38,307 nt of DNA from a virus (taxonomy: Duplodnaviria > Caudoviricetes), in the IMG/VR virus record IMGVR_UViG_3300018018_000019, positions 1 through 38,307 of that record, one strand, 5' to 3'. The notes under the pieces are model-generated. The model ran no database searches and was not told where the DNA came from. It saw nothing but the letters and a program-made list of their open reading frames with translations. Of this stretch, positions 1 through 9,593 are shown piece by piece. Each line of letters opens with the position of its first letter. The first letter of the stretch is position 1. Made by a program: the position numbers and the translations under genes.

Positions 1-138
1 AATTTTTTTTATTCCTTACGGCATAAGGACTTAAGTGCATTTCGGGGGGTTCTGAAAACTGTTTTTTTGGTCAAAAGCGCGCAAGTTCGCGCCATAGGGT
101 AGAGAGACATATTGGTCTCTCGGTGTAGATTCGCAGAA

Positions 139-301
139 ATAGTGGCAAATATTTGCAGAAGATGGCAATAAGATTTATCAGTAAAGCAGCAAAGAGTTAG
201 ATGGAAATTAAAAACCAGCAAAAAAACTTAAAAAAACTGCAAAAAAATAAATTTTCAAAAATTCTTAAAATACTTTTAAACGCCTGTTAAAATGGGCAAT
301 A
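139..301 (+). repeat. Left-end motifs, candidate transposase-binding sites
   Basis: ATAGTGGCA 139-147, ATGGCAATA 162-170, TGGGCAATA 293-301; inverted copies occur at the right end. Confidence 0.45.
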
Positions 302-305
302 AACT

Positions 306-2315
306 CTATTTCTGCGAGGCCATTTCTTTCCACACAGCCCTGTAATCACCCCAAGATTTTAAACTCTCAAAATATATGCCTTCTCTATCCCCTGTCCAGT
401 TGCCTTTATGCCGGATATCAACCGATGGCTGAATCGCCCGGTATTCCTCAATGTAATATTTTGGTCCCTTCGGCTCAAATTTTGGCTGAGGCCTGCGTGC
501 CTGCCTTGCCGATTCTCGTGGTGGATAAATGATTGACCAGTCCGAGGTAAAGTCCCCGATAGTCGGTTCGCACCTGTCAATCTCTCCGCCGGCGTCGATA
601 TGTTTTATACGATGCGTAAGCCATTCAATAAGCAGCTCCCTCGGCGCCACCATCATACTGAGCAGTTCGCCAGGTGATTCTTTGATGTATCCCCGCCGAG
701 TCAGCCAGACAACATTCAAATCGAAATAAAACGTATCATCTCTCGGAGGCATGAAAGCGAAATGCGAAGGGTGATAAAGAACATCGTGCTCGGCGATATA
801 AATAAATCTCGCATCTTCCGCATCGCTTACGCCCATCAGAAGTTGCTCATAATAAGTCCTGTGGCACGGCTGCTTGTTATTGTCGCGCGGCACAAATATC
901 ACTCGCTTGTCAATCGGCATATTTTTCAAATGCTCGATGCAGGTCTCGATGACTGATTTTTCGCCAAGTCCCGATGTGCAGCAGACAATCGTCGGCCCGC
1001 CTGAGCCATATACGATTGCCTTTGTATCCCATTCCGGCAGCGGCATAAATTGCGCTGCTAACCATCCGATTCTGTCGTGGTATTTTTCGACCATTCGCAA
1101 TTTGAATTCCCCGACAGGCAGAATTTTCGCATCGTATAATTTATGCTCGTGATTTGTCCCGAATATATGCCAGCAAATCACATCTTTTCTTAAAACCACT
1201 TTGCCGTCTGTATCGAGTTGAATTTTGAAGGACCATTCCGGACCATCGTAACCATATTCACCAAGCGATTCATCGTAACCTCCTAATCGTTCGAAATCCG
1301 TTTTACGTATCATCCAGGCGCATCCGGTGAATCCCATCATCGGCTCAATAAGGTCTCCGCCCGTCGGCATTTTCGAGGTATGCCATTTCTCCTGGCAATC
1401 CGGGCTGATATATACGAACCCGTAATCCCCCGGCAGTTCCGTCTCGAAATCCTCCGCCATTGATTTGATTCTGGCGACCGCTATTGTGTTTTCATCGCAG
1501 GCGCATTTCAGGCGCGTGTCCCATCCTTCACTCATTCGGCAGTGTGCATCGATGATAAATATATAGTCCCCCGTCGCCCGCTTCACCGCATCATTGATTC
1601 CCTTGCGCCTCCCTTGCGGTATCGGATGTGTAATAACTTTCAATTCTCCCCACGATGCAAGCGGTTTTATAGGGTCGGCAAACCCATCAACAATTACGAT
1701 TATCTCTAATTTGCCAGTTGCAGTTCCAAACAAACTTGTAATCGTCTTATTAAACCACTCCGCATTTTCATTTCTCCCGATTATAATCGCCGAGGTCTTA
1801 GCCCCGACCACCTCCCAGAAGTTCCTCGGCGGATATTTTTTGAGCTTCGGATAAGTGGTCGGGTTCGGGCAACCCTTCTCGCTTTCTAATTTGTTCTTCA
1901 CGCCAAGATAACACTCGCAATATGGGCATCTGTCAATCCCCCCGCACGTCGAGCAGCAGACAATCCGCTCTGCGAATACCTTTTCATCGACTATCGCAAA
2001 ACCTTCTTTTACCGCCCTTTTCGCAGCCCCGAACAGTTCCGAGGCCAGCGTTCTAAGGCCAAGTGTATTCTGCATCATCGCCTGCTGACGAACAGGAATT
2101 ATTGGATTGATTAATTTTTGGCGGCTGATGTTTATTCCGCGTGCTCTTAAAAGATTTATCCTCTCATCATTTAACGGCATTGGCGCGACTACCATTCCTG
2201 CCGGATTTATTGTCTTGCCATCCCAGTTGCCCTTACATACATTATCACACCACGACACAGGCACGTGTTTCTTTACTATTTCACAATAACCATTTTTTAA
2301 TTCGCAATTTCTCAT
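306..2315 (-). CDS. Multidomain glycosyltransferase: Cys-rich N-terminus, GT-A domain resembling polypeptide GalNAc-transferases, second GT-A-like domain
   Basis: IIIGRNE, IIVIVDG, ATGDYIFIIDAHC (DxH), FERLGGYDESLGEYGYDGPEWSFK, ICWHIF; second domain IYIAEHDVLY; N-terminal ERIVCCSTC...CPYCECY...CP. Confidence 0.85.
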   Translation of the reverse strand: MRNCELKNGYCEIVKKHVPVSWCDNVCKGNWDGKTINPAGMVVAPMPLNDERINLLRARGINISRQKLINPIIPVRQQAMMQNTLGLRTLASELFGAAKRAVKEGFAIVDEKVFAERIVCCSTCGGIDRCPYCECYLGVKNKLESEKGCPNPTTYPKLKKYPPRNFWEVVGAKTSAIIIGRNENAEWFNKTITSLFGTATGKLEIIVIVDGFADPIKPLASWGELKVITHPIPQGRRKGINDAVKRATGDYIFIIDAHCRMSEGWDTRLKCACDENTIAVARIKSMAEDFETELPGDYGFVYISPDCQEKWHTSKMPTGGDLIEPMMGFTGCAWMIRKTDFERLGGYDESLGEYGYDGPEWSFKIQLDTDGKVVLRKDVICWHIFGTNHEHKLYDAKILPVGEFKLRMVEKYHDRIGWLAAQFMPLPEWDTKAIVYGSGGPTIVCCTSGLGEKSVIETCIEHLKNMPIDKRVIFVPRDNNKQPCHRTYYEQLLMGVSDAEDARFIYIAEHDVLYHPSHFAFMPPRDDTFYFDLNVVWLTRRGYIKESPGELLSMMVAPRELLIEWLTHRIKHIDAGGEIDRCEPTIGDFTSDWSIIYPPRESARQARRPQPKFEPKGPKYYIEEYRAIQPSVDIRHKGNWTGDREGIYFESLKSWGDYRAVWKEMASQK

Positions 2316-2325
2316 ATTCTCATAT

Positions 2326-3057
2326 TTATGACATCAACGGATGAAGGCCAACACTTCCTCCAGTTACCGGGCCGCTACATGATATACATCCGGGATAAAG
2401 TCCGCAGCCATCATATTCTGTGCATTGTTCATAACACAATCTTGCATCTTCAGGAACGTCCTCATGAGAAAAAGACGGATAACCACAACACTGATTACTT
2501 CCGCCGAAGAAATCACAAAAATTTGGAGTATCCATTCTAAAAAAGGTTCGGTTATGATTATACGTGTGTGTAATATCGACCATTCCATAATATACAACCT
2601 TTGTAAATTCGTAAAGATTAGATACATACCAATATACGGTAGGGCCATAATACTCGTAGGTTATTCCGAATTGTTCACAATCTCCCTCTAAAATAAAACT
2701 GCCATTTAATAAATTTGCTCCATCATAATAACCGGGAAGCGAAGGGGGCCAACCAGGGCATGGGCAATCGTTAAAGGTTCCCGGATACGCACATATAGTT
2801 GGGTCAAGTGGATCGCATTTGACGCTTACAGGAAGAGGAGGATGAGCGCAATTGCCTATATCTGACGCCTCTAACAGAATATATCTTGGAACACCGTATG
2901 GGAAAGTATCGGCGCATACGGGGCATTCCGTAAGTGTTTCATAAGTCGTTGTCCCAGTCGTGGTAGTCGTGGTAGTCGTGGTGGTAGTCGATGAGCAGCA
3001 GGTTTTGCACCGCTTGCCATCCTTCATCAGTCGCTTATTGTCTTTCCTATATATCAT
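2326..3057 (-). CDS. Cys-rich protein with N-terminal poly-Thr tract, probably virion-associated
   Basis: 243 aa, many Cys, CCSSTTTTTTTTTTTGTTT; tightly packed between neighbours. Confidence 0.7.
   Translation of the reverse strand: MIYRKDNKRLMKDGKRCKTCCSSTTTTTTTTTTTGTTTYETLTECPVCADTFPYGVPRYILLEASDIGNCAHPPLPVSVKCDPLDPTICAYPGTFNDCPCPGWPPSLPGYYDGANLLNGSFILEGDCEQFGITYEYYGPTVYWYVSNLYEFTKVVYYGMVDITHTYNHNRTFFRMDTPNFCDFFGGSNQCCGYPSFSHEDVPEDARLCYEQCTEYDGCGLYPGCISCSGPVTGGSVGLHPLMS
2956..2990 (-). repeat. 9-bp tandem repeat encoding the Thr run
   Basis: (AGTCGTGGT)x3 on the + strand. Confidence 0.8.
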
Positions 3058-3059
3058 GT

Positions 3060-3956
3060 TTAACAGGTTGTCGCGTCATCGATTATCAGGTTTGGCGCCG
3101 TCCACGTGCCATCTAATTCGTGCAGAACCGTAAGTGTATCACCGGCGGTCAGTTTCGGGTCAACATTGCCTGAAAGTGCATTGCTTCCGAGAATTATTTG
3201 GGGAGAGACTGTTATTGTAGAGGCCGCCAAAGACCAACTGCCGCCGGTATATCCCCATAATTTGCAGGTAAATGAGGATGCCTCTACCGATTGAATTTGT
3301 GCGGTGCGCGTAGCTCCTGCTGCGGTATCTGGGATGCCAATCCATTTGAAGCTACCGCCGAATAGTTCGACTGTACCGCTATCGTCTATCTCTACTTCTG
3401 CTCCCGCCTGCGACCACCCTAAATACGTCATTTCAGCATCGCTGAAGACATCAGTTAGCACAAATGTCCCGTTAAGAGTTTCATCTGATACACCGGCTAC
3501 TGTAATAATTTGTCCTTCTTCAAAGGCGGTATTTAGAGCTATCGCTGCCTCCACAAGGCCGCTGCCATCTCTGGCTATTACTATGATATCAACTCCGCCG
3601 ATAGGCAATTTTGTGGCCAGTAGTCTAACCTCGACGTCGAGGTTATGTTGGTCTTCTTCTGTAGGACAATTCTCATATAGGTTTAAGACTTCGACAATTT
3701 CTTCTGGGTCGCCATCTTCCTCAAACTTATCGACCGGGCCGCCGAGCCAATTCTCTGCCACTAATTTAAGCTTCTTACAGTTATACACGCCTGAACCGGC
3801 AGCATTTGATACGACCTCAAATACCTTGGTATTTTCTGCATCGGAGAGTGGATATCTTATCGCTCGCATGGCCTGAACGAATTCGCCGGGGGCGAGCTGC
3901 TCGTGCCTGGCAGCCAGGTCAATCTTGTCGATTTGATGTTGAGTTTCCGGTCTCAC
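3060..3956 (-). CDS. Putative tail/structural protein
   Basis: Acidic, beta-rich; FEEGQIITVAGVSDETLNGTFVL resembles a small beta domain of phage tail proteins; 4-bp overlap with upstream gene. Confidence 0.55.
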   Translation of the reverse strand: MRPETQHQIDKIDLAARHEQLAPGEFVQAMRAIRYPLSDAENTKVFEVVSNAAGSGVYNCKKLKLVAENWLGGPVDKFEEDGDPEEIVEVLNLYENCPTEEDQHNLDVEVRLLATKLPIGGVDIIVIARDGSGLVEAAIALNTAFEEGQIITVAGVSDETLNGTFVLTDVFSDAEMTYLGWSQAGAEVEIDDSGTVELFGGSFKWIGIPDTAAGATRTAQIQSVEASSFTCKLWGYTGGSWSLAASTITVSPQIILGSNALSGNVDPKLTAGDTLTVLHELDGTWTAPNLIIDDATTC

Positions 3957-5563
3957 GGGATTTGCTCCACGGTTGCGGTCAGGCCGGCGATAGCATCGGG
4001 GCCAAGGGCGTCGGCGATGGCGGCGGCGTAATCGGTATTCTGCGACTCGCCGAAGTTAGCGGCGAAACTTCGCACGCAGAATTTGCGCCTCGAGCCGTGG
4101 GAATAGGCCGGGCTTTCCCACTGAAATTCGCCGTGGCCTCTGAGACCGTAATCGATAACGGCATCGGGCGCCGCGAAATTGAAGCCGGCGCCTGAATCGA
4201 TATAAACATTGAAGCCCGTCGGTGCGATTTCCTGGTCTGTTGGCGTGTATCGCCAGCGGAGAAGCACCTTGCCGCCCGCCAGGGGCATCGCCATCAAAGA
4301 TAACGGCTTATTAGGAGTCAACGTCCGCATTTCGCCGTCGGCGTCGATTTTAATGATGCAGACCGGGGAGTCGTGGCTTTCAAGTCCGCACGGAGCGACC
4401 TGGCGGCGGATAAAATGCCAGATAGTATTAGCCGGCAAGGTCTGACTCGGTATTGCGACCTGCGTGTCGTTGAGGTTCATCATTGCCACGGCCTGATAAT
4501 CGCCGGCTCCGTCCTGCCTTCGATAAATCCGGTGCCCGCCGATAAAAACGAAATTTGCAATTAAGGTGTAGTCATCGTCAACGGTAACGGTAATCGTTGC
4601 ATTTGATGGGTCTGTTGTTTTCCCCGCAGATACTGCGGTGCCGCTCCATCCTGTGAATTTATATCCTTTATGCGCAGTGACTGTTAGCTCGATTTGGCTC
4701 CCTTTATTCACTTCAATTACGCCGTCCTGCGGAGCGACCGACCCATGCTCGGATGTTACCGTTAAAATACTATGAGGAAATGATTCCACAGAATCTGAAA
4801 CTCCCCCATCTTCCATAGACCACTGACCAAAAAAATTGTATTGTTGGAGATATGCTTTTATTTCTCCCCATATATCCCAGACGCCGTCCGTCAGTGACTT
4901 AAACAGGAATGTTTCCGCTAATGTCTCGGTATCGCTTATGGCTGAATCGTCGTCGTTAAATTCCAGATAACATCCGTCGTTGCACATAACAGCAAATGCC
5001 TCTGGGTTTACAGTGGCACCATTGCCATTATTATAAATAGCAGAAATTTCATCCTGAGATAAAATTTTGTCTTTATAATACCTGAACTGATCAAAGTAAG
5101 TAGTATTTAGGTGCGTATGGGGGTTGCCGCCATGATTGAACTCTATCAAAGACGGAGTTATTACTGTTGCGGCAAGCGATGATATGTCCGCAGAACCAAT
5201 GAGAATTCCATTTATATATAAATTCATAAGCCCATCGCGGTTGAAAGTGGCAACCACGAAGATATTTGTATTGTTAACATAAGAACTGCTGGTAATTTCT
5301 ATATAATTGGCCGGGTTGTCGTCCTGACTCATTATGCATCGCCATACACCTCCACCCGTATCAGGGTCAAACCAGATCATAACCAACGGTCCGCTGTTGC
5401 CTATCCCCTGCCTTAACTGAAATAGGGTATAATCGGTCCCCTGGCATCCTTCGTTGTTGTTTTGCCACCAAAAACACATGCTGAAGTCGCATAAATCTGG
5501 GTTAAAAAAATCTTCATAAAGGAAGATTTCACCGCTGATTCTGGCCTTTATTCTTTTACCCAT
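3953..5563 (-). CDS. Putative adhesin: LamG/ConA-like lectin + InlB B-repeat-like + FN3-like domains
   Basis: FVVATFNRDGLMNLYING...FDQFRYYKDKILSQDEISAIYNNG (LamG); GYKFTGWSG...DYTLIANF (B-repeat); VLLRWRY...GFNVY...KFCVRS (FN3). Confidence 0.75.
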   Translation of the reverse strand: MGKRIKARISGEIFLYEDFFNPDLCDFSMCFWWQNNNEGCQGTDYTLFQLRQGIGNSGPLVMIWFDPDTGGGVWRCIMSQDDNPANYIEITSSSYVNNTNIFVVATFNRDGLMNLYINGILIGSADISSLAATVITPSLIEFNHGGNPHTHLNTTYFDQFRYYKDKILSQDEISAIYNNGNGATVNPEAFAVMCNDGCYLEFNDDDSAISDTETLAETFLFKSLTDGVWDIWGEIKAYLQQYNFFGQWSMEDGGVSDSVESFPHSILTVTSEHGSVAPQDGVIEVNKGSQIELTVTAHKGYKFTGWSGTAVSAGKTTDPSNATITVTVDDDYTLIANFVFIGGHRIYRRQDGAGDYQAVAMMNLNDTQVAIPSQTLPANTIWHFIRRQVAPCGLESHDSPVCIIKIDADGEMRTLTPNKPLSLMAMPLAGGKVLLRWRYTPTDQEIAPTGFNVYIDSGAGFNFAAPDAVIDYGLRGHGEFQWESPAYSHGSRRKFCVRSFAANFGESQNTDYAAAIADALGPDAIAGLTATVEQIP

Positions 5564-5569
5564 TATTAT

Positions 5570-6772
5570 TTATGCAACCCTCATGCATTCGATGAAGACT
5601 TCCACGTCGGCCAGCGAGCCGTCGCCGGCGACTGATAATGTCCCGTTAACAGCGATTATATTGTAGGTGTTGTCAATACATCCGACCCAGCAAAATCCGT
5701 GGGTTTGCTGAACTGCGATTGCGTCAGTTATCGCATTGGCGCCGTTTTTAACCTGGAAGGTTCCCTGGTCTTCGCTCAATGGGATGCCCCAGACGTTGAT
5801 GACCTTGAATTTGAACGGCGCATTTGCATTATGGATAATAACGGTATTACCTGCCGTCAGTGTGGCTGTCAGAATAAATGATAGTCCGCCGTTTGCGCCG
5901 ATATTTGCAAGATTAAAGCCGTTAAGAAAATCGCTTTTCGCGACCCCGGAATTATCCCGCATGAGGACCTTATTGGCATCGCCGGATACCGTTTTGATGC
6001 TCGTTACAGCTATATTGCTCAGCGTATTGCTATCGCCGTCGATTGTCTTATTGGTCAGGACCTGTGATGCCGTGGTAAATACCAGCGAGCCTAGATTGGT
6101 TAAGGTTCCCGCGATCATAGCGCTAAAGCCGATTGTCGCCGCTTCCGTGCCGTCCGCGACCGCCGTAAGCTTTATAATCAGTCGCCCGTATTCGATTTTT
6201 TCGGATGCCGCATTGCGGCCGTAGAACGGGATGCGGATTTCGTCATTGGCAGCCGGCGTCGTCTTGTCCCAAAATATCGGCAGCATTTCCGCCGAGGTCC
6301 CGGTTTCGGCGGTAACATTTTTGAGATATTGCAGTAGGGTTTCGCCCCGAAGGTCCCGGATGGCAGTAATAATGCCGTCCTCGTCCACATCGATTTCGGC
6401 AAGTTTGATATGTTCGGCTGTCGGCCAGCCGGTCCCGTCAATTGCTGACCCGATTGTGTTGTCGGCTGCCATCCAGATATAAGTTGTGTCGTTATCGGTC
6501 GGGTCAATCGCCTCGCCCGTTGTGAATGTTTTAACTGTAGTCTTGAAAAGATATTTCCCGCCGCGAATGTTGACCGTCGCCGGCGTCGGGCAGTAAATAC
6601 CCAAGGCCGTAACCCAATCCACGGCGTTAATAATGCCATAAATCAGTTGCTTGAATTCTTCGAGGAAATTCGGGTTATGCGGTGTTAATAGTTCAATCCC
6701 ACGAGCTGCAAGAAAATCGTCTATATCTGCCGAAGCAGGATAACCGCCTGTCATTGCTGAGTCAAAAGACAT
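5570..6772 (-). CDS. Putative tail fibre protein
   Basis: Thr/Ala/Gly-rich; SQVLTNKTIDGDSNTLSNI is a common fibre-shaft motif; TTYIWM...IKLAEIDV...ITAIRDLR resembles fibre attachment domains. Confidence 0.6.
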   Translation of the reverse strand: MSFDSAMTGGYPASADIDDFLAARGIELLTPHNPNFLEEFKQLIYGIINAVDWVTALGIYCPTPATVNIRGGKYLFKTTVKTFTTGEAIDPTDNDTTYIWMAADNTIGSAIDGTGWPTAEHIKLAEIDVDEDGIITAIRDLRGETLLQYLKNVTAETGTSAEMLPIFWDKTTPAANDEIRIPFYGRNAASEKIEYGRLIIKLTAVADGTEAATIGFSAMIAGTLTNLGSLVFTTASQVLTNKTIDGDSNTLSNIAVTSIKTVSGDANKVLMRDNSGVAKSDFLNGFNLANIGANGGLSFILTATLTAGNTVIIHNANAPFKFKVINVWGIPLSEDQGTFQVKNGANAITDAIAVQQTHGFCWVGCIDNTYNIIAVNGTLSVAGDGSLADVEVFIECMRVA

Positions 6773-6789
6773 TTTTGTCCCTTTCTAAA

Positions 6790-7065
6790 TTATCGGCGCC
6801 AGTGTGATATCGCCGATGATGATTTGCATTTGAGTTTATGGACCAGGACAATAAGTTGCGAAAGCAGGACCTCGCCTTCGAGCGGCCAGTTCTTGGGCAA
6901 TTTGAATCCCAAATCTGATTCATTTAGCATAATCCAAATATGTTCTCTGCCGCAAAGCATCAATTCCTTATCGCTTTTCGCCTTGGCAAATCCCGTTAAA
7001 ATATCGAGAGCTAAACGTTCGCGGAGTTGTTTTATCAACTCGATTTTTACTATTTCACCGTCCAT
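6790..7065 (-). CDS. Hypothetical protein
   Basis: 91 aa ORF, AGGAG RBS, overlaps the upstream gene. Confidence 0.6.
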   Translation of the reverse strand: MDGEIVKIELIKQLRERLALDILTGFAKAKSDKELMLCGREHIWIMLNESDLGFKLPKNWPLEGEVLLSQLIVLVHKLKCKSSSAISHWRR

Positions 7066-7360
7066 CGTTTTTTCTCCTCTGATTTTTGAATCTTGTTATA
7101 ACGGCCCGCAAGGCCGCCCGTTGCCTCTCCAAAGCCAGGATGTTTTCCTGTCGCCTTTTCATCGCTTCGCTTTTTGCTTTAACTATCGTCTCGAGTTGGG
7201 CAATCCTTTCATTCGCGATCTCAAGATCTGATTTTCCCGGATAATATTGCCTGTGACCGTTCGGACAAAAAAAAGATTTATGTGACCTTCTGAATTCCGC
7301 ATGCAGGACATCCGGCATTGCAAAAACAATGCCGCATTCTATACATGTTTCCTGTGCCAT
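7055..7360 (-). CDS. Zn-binding + coiled-coil hypothetical protein
   Basis: CIECG...FFCPNGH then coiled coil; start set at the TGATG overlap at 7360. Confidence 0.7.
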   Translation of the reverse strand: MAQETCIECGIVFAMPDVLHAEFRRSHKSFFCPNGHRQYYPGKSDLEIANERIAQLETIVKAKSEAMKRRQENILALERQRAALRAVITRFKNQRRKNDGR

Positions 7361-7740
7361 CAATTTCCCCCCATCGTCGCTACGCCGCACGGGATGCGGT
7401 TATCGAATAATATTCCCTGCCCGGTTTTGTCGATGAATTTCTTGCGTAATGATATCTCCGCAAGCATCTCTTTAGCATCGATTGCCCGCCCCTCGTTATA
7501 TGCCTTCCATTTTTCGATGTCCGCAGTGAGATAGTAGCCGTCCCGGCTGTTGGCGACAATCATTTCGCCGTTGTCGCGGAGCTGCTTGACCAGCGCCCGT
7601 ATATGCCGCCTTTGCGACTCGTGGCAGCCGGCGATTCCGAGGTGCACGGCGATTTCTGCAGCCGTCATAAACTTATCGGCCCGCTTTAAAATCCCCAGGC
7701 ATTCCGCCACCTGGTCAGTTGTTATATTCGGCTCATTCAT
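7360..7740 (-). CDS. Winged-HTH DNA-binding protein, possible middle/late regulator
   Basis: MTAAEIAVHLG...RHIRALVKQLRDNGEMIVANSRDGYYL; ATGA overlap start at 7740. Confidence 0.75.
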   Translation of the reverse strand: MNEPNITTDQVAECLGILKRADKFMTAAEIAVHLGIAGCHESQRRHIRALVKQLRDNGEMIVANSRDGYYLTADIEKWKAYNEGRAIDAKEMLAEISLRKKFIDKTGQGILFDNRIPCGVATMGGN

Positions 7741-8543
7741 GCGACTTTCACCTTGCTCTGCTCGGTAATTCCGCTGCCGCATTTCGGACAACGGTCTAAC
7801 GGCGGCCTGCTATCGGATGACCAGCCGCATTGAAAACATTCGAATCGGGCGGGCCTTTGAAATTCGTGGCCATTGGATAACTTCCGAATCAAGGTGTTTT
7901 GCTTGCGATGTTCAACGGCCCTCGCGTGAGCATATAACCGGACCTCAGGTGAATGACCATTTCGTCTCAGGTTACCTGCCCGGTCAATCAGGATAAGATT
8001 ATTCGGATCATCGTTCATTGTATCCTTGTCGGCGTGGATCGGGAAAAATCCTCGCGGTATCGGCCCGTATGTCTTTTCATAAATATACCTGGCATATTGA
8101 ATCCACCTGTCTCGCGGCCTGCCATCGTCTTTAATCTTTATCCATTGAGACGGAACCTTCCTTCTTCTGCCGTGCTTTTCGCCGTTGAGTTTTGACTTAT
8201 GATAACGAACGGAAATAAAACCAATATGCCGATATTTCTGTGCGGCGTTGCCTCTTATTTGGCCTGGCTTAAATCGTGTCTCTGCCGAGCGACCGCCTGC
8301 GCAGAAATGCGTCCCTTTATTCCACATTTTATGGCCCGGCTGCCATCGATATTCTTTGCCGGCACGACTTAAATGCAATCGGCGAATCCGGTCGAATTCC
8401 TTTTTGGTTAACCGGCTTAACAGGATGTTGTGAATTGTGTCGTAACCTGTTTCGTATTTGCGCCTAAGCGAATCGACACCGACGCCCTCGACCCATTCAC
8501 AGGCAATCTTCGCTGAATCAACTATGGCATCCTTTTTACTCAT
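7737..8543 (-). CDS. HNH-like protein with C-terminal Zn ribbon
   Basis: WQPGHKMWNKG, TRFKPGQ, RYIYEKTYGPIPRG...HADKDTMNDDPNNL; CFQCG...CPKCG. Confidence 0.7.
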   Translation of the reverse strand: MSKKDAIVDSAKIACEWVEGVGVDSLRRKYETGYDTIHNILLSRLTKKEFDRIRRLHLSRAGKEYRWQPGHKMWNKGTHFCAGGRSAETRFKPGQIRGNAAQKYRHIGFISVRYHKSKLNGEKHGRRRKVPSQWIKIKDDGRPRDRWIQYARYIYEKTYGPIPRGFFPIHADKDTMNDDPNNLILIDRAGNLRRNGHSPEVRLYAHARAVEHRKQNTLIRKLSNGHEFQRPARFECFQCGWSSDSRPPLDRCPKCGSGITEQSKVKVA

Positions 8544-8561
8544 GTGCCTTTTTGTATCCGT

Positions 8562-9077
8562 CTAATTCAAATGGTCCGCCGCTTTTGTTGATAACGGCTC
8601 GACGAAAAACGCATCCTTGGTTTTTCGCCGGGCCTTTACAGTAGCCAGTTCATCATCCGTGAATTTGGCCAGCGCTTCTTTATCCACTGATTCCTTGACG
8701 CGGATGCACGCCTTCTGTTTAGCCGGCGTGAAAAACTGTTTGATTCGTTCAAGCGTGGTCCCGGCCGTCTCGATTGCCGTGCTGAGCCGCCAGCCGAGAA
8801 TTCCGAAATCTAATTTGCGGCTGCGTGCCTCGCCGAAGTCCTTTGTGTGGGCCAGGGCGAATTCCTCGAGTGATTTAACGAGCAGGTGTGACCGCCCCTG
8901 TAGTTGCTCGACCCGGCCTTCGAGGTCGGACTTGACGACATTGATATCGGCGGTTGCCTGTTGTTCCGCCGCCTTGATAGTTTGCTCGATTTCGCCGATT
9001 TCCTTGATGAGCTGGTCCGCGTGCTGCCAGTCCTTAACATTTACAAGCGGCTGTTCATTCGATTTGATTCGAGTCAT
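8562..9077 (-). CDS. gam: Mu Gam-like host-nuclease inhibitor
   Basis: DWQHADQLIKEIGEI, RSRKLDFGILGWRLS, IRVKESVDKEAL, DAFFVEP; early operon position. Confidence 0.9.
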   Translation of the reverse strand: MTRIKSNEQPLVNVKDWQHADQLIKEIGEIEQTIKAAEQQATADINVVKSDLEGRVEQLQGRSHLLVKSLEEFALAHTKDFGEARSRKLDFGILGWRLSTAIETAGTTLERIKQFFTPAKQKACIRVKESVDKEALAKFTDDELATVKARRKTKDAFFVEPLSTKAADHLN

Positions 9078-9582
9078 GTTGGAATTCCTTTTCCTCGCCT
9101 GCTATCGCGGCGATATCATCCAGTGTTTTGCAGTTCGTTCCGTTTTTGCGATTGAACATCGCCTTAAGCGCCTCGATGATTTCGTAACCTTCTCGCGGCG
9201 TTAATTCGATAACGGTATATGCCCGCTGCTTGGTTTGGCTTGCGATAAAATTATGCAGATGTGTATTGTCCCAGCCGAGATCGCCCGCCAGGTACCTGAT
9301 TGCCTCGCTTTGAGCAAAACTGATTACGTGATCGCCGGCGGCGACTTTTTTACGATAAAAATCCTCCGCCTGATTCGGCATTCGCCAGCCGTATGATTCG
9401 CAGATAGCGAGCAAATCCTCGAGCTGCGAGTTATTGAGTTGTTTGCAACTCGTAACCTTTCGGCCATCCGGCTGAGTATATTTAGTCAGCAGCAGCCGAT
9501 ACCGGCCGTCGAAGTTCGATGTCCGGATTCCCGCGACTTTACAGGCGATTTGAACAAGTTTTATTTGCTGATTATTCAACAT
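9055..9582 (-). CDS. gemA: GemA/gp16-like (DUF1018) protein
   Basis: QIKLVQIACKVAGI, YRLLL, TSCKQLN, LTPREGYEIIEALKAM. Confidence 0.75.
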   Translation of the reverse strand: MLNNQQIKLVQIACKVAGIRTSNFDGRYRLLLTKYTQPDGRKVTSCKQLNNSQLEDLLAICESYGWRMPNQAEDFYRKKVAAGDHVISFAQSEAIRYLAGDLGWDNTHLHNFIASQTKQRAYTVIELTPREGYEIIEALKAMFNRKNGTNCKTLDDIAAIAGEEKEFQHDSNQIE

Positions 9583-9593
9583 TTAAACACCTG

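Noticed and set aside
9-221. 70-aa ORF at the left end
   Set aside because: AT-rich end region, no RBS or motif
306-6772. Gin-type invertible fibre segment
   Set aside because: No serine invertase and no flanking inverted repeats recognised
8617-9204. Long antisense ORFs (also 3304-3876, 5736-6224, 24638-25195)
   Set aside because: Shadows of well-supported genes on the opposite strand
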